Part shown: positions 59,264-64,000 of the stretch, piece after piece
Numbering within the stretch: the first letter of the stretch is position 1
How the letters are laid out: each line of letters begins with the position of its first letter
Assembly: GCA_964631965.1 (NCBI GenBank)
Contig: CAZWAR010000003.1
Coordinates: forward strand, 2,064 to 66,063
Length of the DNA stretch: 64,000 nucleotides
Source: an uncultured Gaiellales bacterium
Lineage (GTDB): Bacteria > Actinomycetota > Thermoleophilia > RBG-16-64-13
Reading direction: 5' to 3'
Made by a program: the position numbers and the translations under genes
The notes under the pieces: generated by a model
What the model was told of the DNA's origin: nothing
The model's input: the letters and a program-made list of their open reading frames with translations, nothing else
Databases searched by the model: none

Positions 59264-61390
59264 TCATTTCGAATCGGGTCCTTTGGACAAGTTCTCCAAT
59301 AGTCTGAGACTGATCTTCTCCTTGCCTCCCGGCTGCTGCTGCACGTCGAGGACCTCCACCCGTACAAGGTCACCTCTGTTCACCACTTCCTCCACCGTCG
59401 CCACCCGGCGATCGGCCAAACGAGAGATGTGGACGAGTCCGTCGGTCCCCGGTTTGAGCGTTACGAACGCACCGAAGGAGGTGGTGGACGCCACCCGTCC
59501 CTCGACGATGTCGCCGGCCTGGGTCTCCCGGGTGAGCAGGTTGATCCGCTCGATGCACTGATCGCCAAGCTTGCCGTCGGTCGCGAAGACCTTGATGAGG
59601 CCGTCTTCAGCCACATCGATGGTGCACTCGAATTCGGCCTCCATGCCCCTGATGGTCTCGCCGCCCTTGCCGATTACCGCTCCGATCTTCTCGGGGTCGA
59701 TGCGGATGGTGGCGATGCGTGGCGCGAACTCGGACAGCTCGGAGCGGGGCCCGCTGATGGAGTCGGCGATACGCTCGAGGATGAAGAGCCGGGCCTTCCG
59801 GGCGCGGGCAAGCGCGTCGCGCATGATCTCGAAGGTGACGCCGGTGATCTTGATGTCCATCTGCAGAGCGGTTACGCCCCGATCGGTACCGGCCACCTTG
59901 AAGTCCATGTCACCGAGGTGGTCCTCCACCCCGGCGATGTCGGTGAGCACCACGTAGTCATCGCCCTCTTTGATGAGCCCCATGGCGATACCGGCCACCG
60001 GACGCGCGATGGGCACGCCGGCGTCCATGAGCGCGAGGGTTGAAGCGCACACGCTTGCCATGGAACTGGAACCGTTGGATTCCAGGGTCTCCGAGACCAG
60101 GCGGATCGTGTACGGGAACTTCTCCTCGTCAGGTACCACAGGGACGAGGGACCGCTCGGCGAGGGCACCGTGACCGATCTCCCGGCGGCCGGGGCCGCGC
60201 ATGAAGCCGGTCTCGCCCACGCTGAAAGGCGGGAACTTGTAGTGATGCATGAATCGCTTGGACTCTTCGATGTCCAAGCCGTCGACACGCTGCTCGTCGC
60301 GAGCCGCCCCCAGGGTGAGCAGGGTCATGACCTGGGTCTGGCCCCGGGTGAAGAGACCCGAACCGTGCGTGCGCGGAGCCACGCTCACTTCACAGGTGAT
60401 GGGCCTGATCTCGTCGACTCCCCGAGCATCGGGACGCTTCTTCTCCACAGCGATGGTCCGGCGCACGTGTTCCTTCTCGACTGCGTCGAACGCCTTGGAG
60501 ACCCCCACCGCCTCGGCGATCTGTTCCTCCGTCGCATCCTCCGGCAGCCAGTTGCCGACGACTTCCTGCTTGAGAACGGCCAGAGCATCGGCTCGGCCGT
60601 GCTTGTCGAAGACGTTGAACGCCTCGGTGAGTCGCTCCCCATAGCGTTCCTTAATCTTGTCCATCAAGGCGCGGTCGGGGAGCTTCTCCACGAACTCCAT
60701 CTTCGGCTCGCCCGCCTCGGTCTGCCAGGTCGAGACCACGTCGCAGATCTTCTTGATGGCCTCGTGTGCAACCTCGAGAGCTTCCACGAGATCTGCCTCG
60801 TCGACCTCCTCGCAGCCTGCCTCCACCATGCCGATGGCGTCCTTGGTGCCGGCCACCACCAGATTGATGGGGCTCAGATCGATCTCCTCGTAGGTGGGGT
60901 TGACGATCCAACTCCCTTCTACCTTGGCGACGCGCACCGCACCGACAGGGCCGAGGAACGGCGCCTCAGACAGGGCCAGAGCCGCGGAGGCCCCGGTCAC
61001 CGCCAAGACGTCGTAGGGGTTTTTCCGGTCCACGGAGAGGACCGTCGCCACGATATGAGTCTCGCGGTTGAAGCCCTTCGGCCACAGCGGCCGGATGGGC
61101 CGATCGATCAACCTGGCGTTGAGGATGGCCTGGTCGCTCGGCCGCCCTTCCTTCTTGATGAAACCGCCGGGGATCTTCCCCGCCGCATACATCCCCGCCT
61201 CCACGTCGACCGTCAGCGGGAAGAAATCCACATTCCGCTCGTTGGCGGCTACCACTGCCGTCACCAGCACCATCGTATCGCCCGAACGGACGAGCACCGA
61301 TCCGCTGGCCTGCTTCGCCAACCTCCCGGTCTCGAAGCTGATGATCCTATCGCCTACAGCTACCTCAGTCCGACTCACTCCACTTGCCAC
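59264..61390 (-). CDS. pnp: Polyribonucleotide nucleotidyltransferase (PNPase)
   Basis: 708 aa with two RNase PH domains, KH and S1. Confidence 0.97.
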   Translation of the reverse strand: MASGVSRTEVAVGDRIISFETGRLAKQASGSVLVRSGDTMVLVTAVVAANERNVDFFPLTVDVEAGMYAAGKIPGGFIKKEGRPSDQAILNARLIDRPIRPLWPKGFNRETHIVATVLSVDRKNPYDVLAVTGASAALALSEAPFLGPVGAVRVAKVEGSWIVNPTYEEIDLSPINLVVAGTKDAIGMVEAGCEEVDEADLVEALEVAHEAIKKICDVVSTWQTEAGEPKMEFVEKLPDRALMDKIKERYGERLTEAFNVFDKHGRADALAVLKQEVVGNWLPEDATEEQIAEAVGVSKAFDAVEKEHVRRTIAVEKKRPDARGVDEIRPITCEVSVAPRTHGSGLFTRGQTQVMTLLTLGAARDEQRVDGLDIEESKRFMHHYKFPPFSVGETGFMRGPGRREIGHGALAERSLVPVVPDEEKFPYTIRLVSETLESNGSSSMASVCASTLALMDAGVPIARPVAGIAMGLIKEGDDYVVLTDIAGVEDHLGDMDFKVAGTDRGVTALQMDIKITGVTFEIMRDALARARKARLFILERIADSISGPRSELSEFAPRIATIRIDPEKIGAVIGKGGETIRGMEAEFECTIDVAEDGLIKVFATDGKLGDQCIERINLLTRETQAGDIVEGRVASTTSFGAFVTLKPGTDGLVHISRLADRRVATVEEVVNRGDLVRVEVLDVQQQPGGKEKISLRLLENLSKGPDSK

Positions 61391-61499
61391 TTCGTTTCTC
61401 CCGTCTGAGGGCCTCCTTGGCCCCCTTCCTGCCGATTCTCTCTTCTCTGCCGCTTCCTTCCCACGGGAGCTCGGACGAACCGGGCCCCGGCATACCCAC

Positions 61500-61766
61500 C
61501 TACCTCCGAAGACCGAGTTCCCTGATCATAGTGCGATACCGCTCGACGTCCTCGCGCTGGAGGTAGTCGAGCAGGCGACGACGGCGTCCGACCATCTTCA
61601 ACAGGCCGCGGCGCGAATGGTGGTCTTTCGAATGGATCTTCAGGTGTTCGGTGAGTACGTTGATCTGCTCGGTGAGGATACCTATCTGCACCTCAGGCGA
61701 GCCCGTGTCACCCTCGTGCTTCTTGAAACGGTCGATGATCTCGGTCTTGCGCTCCTTGCTCAACAT
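61500..61766 (-). CDS. rpsO: 30S ribosomal protein S15
   Basis: [69 protein letters not shown]...; 89 aa, start internal to the listed ORF. Confidence 0.95.
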   Translation of the reverse strand: MLSKERKTEIIDRFKKHEGDTGSPEVQIGILTEQINVLTEHLKIHSKDHHSRRGLLKMVGRRRRLLDYLQREDVERYRTMIRELGLRR

Positions 61767-61965
61767 ACGGCATGGCCTCCTTGGGCTCCTTGCTCCCAGC
61801 GGGGACATTGCGGTCCGGGCCGAGACGCAGGTTTCAATGCTGATGGGCTCCGGGACAGCCGGGCCCATCTTCCGAAGCTTACTTCACTCCGTTACGGTGA
61901 CGTAGGGTACCACAGGGAGGAAAAACCGAATCGTCCCGGGGCTGGAAGGGGCAACGGCGCACGAC

Positions 61966-61997
61966 GGGGCGGGCCTGAGAAATCGCCGGCCCGCCCC
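61966..61997 (-). terminator. Perfect 10-bp GC hairpin (GGGGCGGGCC-N12-GGCCCGCCCC) downstream of the L,D-transpeptidase gene and upstream of rpsO
   Basis: Read directly; no U-tract. Confidence 0.35.
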
Positions 61998-62034
61998 GGT
62001 CTTCCACACGCATCCTCCCGCCTGGCAGGAGAGG

Positions 62035-64000
62035 CTAGTAGATATACACGTACGTCCCCACCGCCACCAGCGGATATATGGCGTCCTGATCCCAGTAGAG
62101 GGTCCGCACGCAGCCGTGACTGGCCGGATAGGTGGGCACGCTCGGATAGCCGTGGATAGCCAGCAGCGTCGTGCTGATGTACAGCGGGTGGTACCGCGGG
62201 CTGGTCTCCATTGTCTTGCGGGTCACCGTGTACGTGCGCGACGGGGTGACGATGCCCACGCTCGCACTTCCTGTTGACACGGGGATGGTCCAAACGACTG
62301 CCCCGTCCTTGCAGTAGAGCAGCACCTGCTTGGTCTTGTTCACTTCGATCCATGGGTTGGTTGCTCCGATCCTGCTTGGGCGGGGCCGGCTGGCCACCGT
62401 CAGCGCGTTGAGGACGGCAGCCGAGACCTTGCCGTCACGGGTGAGACCCTGCCACTTCTCGAAGGCGATGATGGCTCCCGTCGTCTTGCCGTCGAAGACG
62501 CCGTCGACGGTGCCGGGCCGGTATGACAGGTCGCTCAGCCTCTGTTCGACCCACAACCGTTGCCCTGCGGTCAACGTCAGTTCCCAAGGAAGCGTCCCCC
62601 GTATGTCGAAAGCATCAACGCTGATGAACGCTCCCTCGTCGTTCCCCTCGTCCCACGTGATCTCCACCACGTGCTCGCCGCTCCTCAGAAGGCCGGTGCT
62701 CCACGCCGCCTCCTGATAGACCGTACTGGGACTGTACAGGTCCACCAGTACGGGAGCGCTGCCGTCCACCGATACCTCCGCCGAGCCCATCTCCGGACCG
62801 AGAGTCGCGATCCAATCGAGACGGGTCCCGACGAAGTCGACGGTGATACCGCTGCCGCCGCCTCCCAGTTTGTAGTTCCCCCCCGAGGCGGACGGCGATG
62901 AGGCCACGTGCCAGGTGCCCGCGTTCAGCAGCCGCGGATCGTCCTGTTCGTAGCGCGCGGTGAAATAGGCCTGCAGCACATCACCCTCCACATCGAAGGC
63001 ATCGACGCTGATGTACTTGCCGACCGGATTGGAGGTGTCGTACCAGATCTTGACCTCGTGATCTCCCGGCGAGAGGTCCCCGGTCTCCCAGACCTTCTGC
63101 TGATAGGCCACCACGTCGGCCGCAAGGTCTACGTTCACGGCCGGACCCCCGTCCACCGACACGAACGCTCTTGCGAGGGTGGTTCCTCTGGTGGCGATCC
63201 AAGCGAGATAGGTCCCATTGAAGTCGACAACCGCAGCACCCGTCGGGCTGCTGGTGCGGGCATAGCTACCACCGGACGCGTTGCTCGTGAAGAACTCGGC
63301 CCAGGTGCCGCCTCCGAACGCTATACGCCCGTCTGTCTGGTCTACCCGACCCATCCCGCTGAGCGAGCCCAGCACGTCCACGGCGTCGATGGTGACGAAC
63401 TCCCCATATGCGCTCGTGTCGCTGCGCACGATTTTGACCGTGTGGAGACCGCCGTCGAGGTCCCCGGTCGACCACACCCTCTGCTGGTAGACGGCCACGC
63501 TGTTGCGGAGGTCGACGGTGGCGGCGAAGGCGTCGTCCAGATACACCTCGGCGATGCCGGTGGTGGTGCCTCTCATGGCGATCCAGTCGAGCCGGGTGCC
63601 GGTGAAGCTGACGGTGACGGAGGCGTCGGCGCTCGAGGAGCGGCTGTAGCTGTCCTGCCAGGCCAGGGTCTTGGCGAAGGGGGCCCAGCCACCGGCGTAG
63701 AAGAGGCGGGCGTCGGTCTGGTCGTAGCGCATCATGAAGGTGTAGTCGTCGGCGGCGGTGTTCGGGCTCGCGCCTCCGGCCGCCGTCACCACCACATCCA
63801 CCTTCCCGGTCGCGTGAGCCGGAGTGACCGCGGTGATCCGGGTGTCGGAGTCCACGGTGTAGCTGGCCGCGTCCATCCCTCCGAAGGACACCGCCGAGGA
63901 GCCCGAGAGGCCGGTGAAGCCGGTGCCGGTGATGACGAGGGGAACGCCTCCGGCGCTGGGGCCGGAATCGAGGCTGAGGCCGGTCACGGTGGGGGCAGGG
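62035..64000 (-). CDS. L,D-transpeptidase (YkuD) family protein with IPT/TIG domain and tandem ~120-aa repeats; 5' end beyond window
   Basis: C-terminal YkuD catalytic domain (HGYPS...ASHGCVRT), a peptidoglycan-binding-like segment and three tandem repeats (about 62602-63732). The reading frame stays open to the window edge. Confidence 0.75.
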   Translation of the reverse strand, partial: PAPTVTGLSLDSGPSAGGVPLVITGTGFTGLSGSSAVSFGGMDAASYTVDSDTRITAVTPAHATGKVDVVVTAAGGASPNTAADDYTFMMRYDQTDARLFYAGGWAPFAKTLAWQDSYSRSSSADASVTVSFTGTRLDWIAMRGTTTGIAEVYLDDAFAATVDLRNSVAVYQQRVWSTGDLDGGLHTVKIVRSDTSAYGEFVTIDAVDVLGSLSGMGRVDQTDGRIAFGGGTWAEFFTSNASGGSYARTSSPTGAAVVDFNGTYLAWIATRGTTLARAFVSVDGGPAVNVDLAADVVAYQQKVWETGDLSPGDHEVKIWYDTSNPVGKYISVDAFDVEGDVLQAYFTARYEQDDPRLLNAGTWHVASSPSASGGNYKLGGGGSGITVDFVGTRLDWIATLGPEMGSAEVSVDGSAPVLVDLYSPSTVYQEAAWSTGLLRSGEHVVEITWDEGNDEGAFISVDAFDIRGTLPWELTLTAGQRLWVEQRLSDLSYRPGTVDGVFDGKTTGAIIAFEKWQGLTRDGKVSAAVLNALTVASRPRPSRIGATNPWIEVNKTKQVLLYCKDGAVVWTIPVSTGSASVGIVTPSRTYTVTRKTMETSPRYHPLYISTTLLAIHGYPSVPTYPASHGCVRTLYWDQDAIYPLVAVGTYVYIY

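Overview
This is a 64 kb, high-GC (roughly two-thirds G+C by eye) window of conserved bacterial housekeeping genes, almost all on the minus strand. Two embedded accessory regions stand out: a divergent type IV pilus / pseudopilus locus (about 29.3-39.1 kb) and a conserved ACT-LivHMGKF-PaaK amino-acid uptake/activation operon (16.3-22.8 kb).

Gene content, read on the minus strand from high to low coordinates: a truncated L,D-transpeptidase, rpsO-pnp, an M16 peptidase, dapB, RNase J, ftsK, mnmH/selU, a RodZ-like protein, rimO, pgsA, thpR, recA-recX, a candidate ~230-nt ncRNA, RNase Y, miaB-miaA, dapF-dapL, dut, the pilus locus, RNase Z, tRNA-Arg(CCG), the ACT-livHMGKF-paaK operon, metK, priA-def-fmt-rpe, the FMN-riboswitch-controlled ribDE(BA)H operon, rpmB (plus strand), DUF1858-asp23-fakA-fakB(degV)-recG, and a truncated rsmD.

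The synteny M16/dapB/rnj/ftsK ... rodZ/pgsA/recA/rny/miaB resembles the Firmicutes ymf-recA region, so I infer a high-GC Clostridia/Limnochordia/Symbiobacterium-like lineage; this is an inference only.

The most interesting region is the pilus locus. On the minus strand it carries two tandem PilA-type major pilin paralogs separated by a TPR lipoprotein, each followed by a strong hairpin. Downstream are three prepilin-type pseudopilins, a GspK-like protein lacking the Glu+5 prepilin signature that is translationally coupled to the preceding gene (GTGA overlap), and a Cys-rich protein of unknown function. Divergently on the plus strand sits a PilV/W/X-like minor-pilin operon whose first gene is a modular ~520-aa prepilin carrying beta-sandwich and two IPT/TIG domains. 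No ATPase, platform or prepilin peptidase gene is present in the window.

Other notable items:
- A near-perfect TTGACA-N17-TAAACT promoter plus an intrinsic terminator bracket a ~230-nt non-coding transcript between recX and rny.
- A membrane-anchored glycoside-hydrolase-like protein sits divergently to a CE4 polysaccharide deacetylase, a split PgaB/PelA-like exopolysaccharide-processing pair.
- A small LysW/Trm112-like zinc-ribbon protein is divergent to lipB.
- The truncated L,D-transpeptidase has an IPT domain and three ~120-aa tandem repeats.

No CRISPR array, IS element or integrase was seen.
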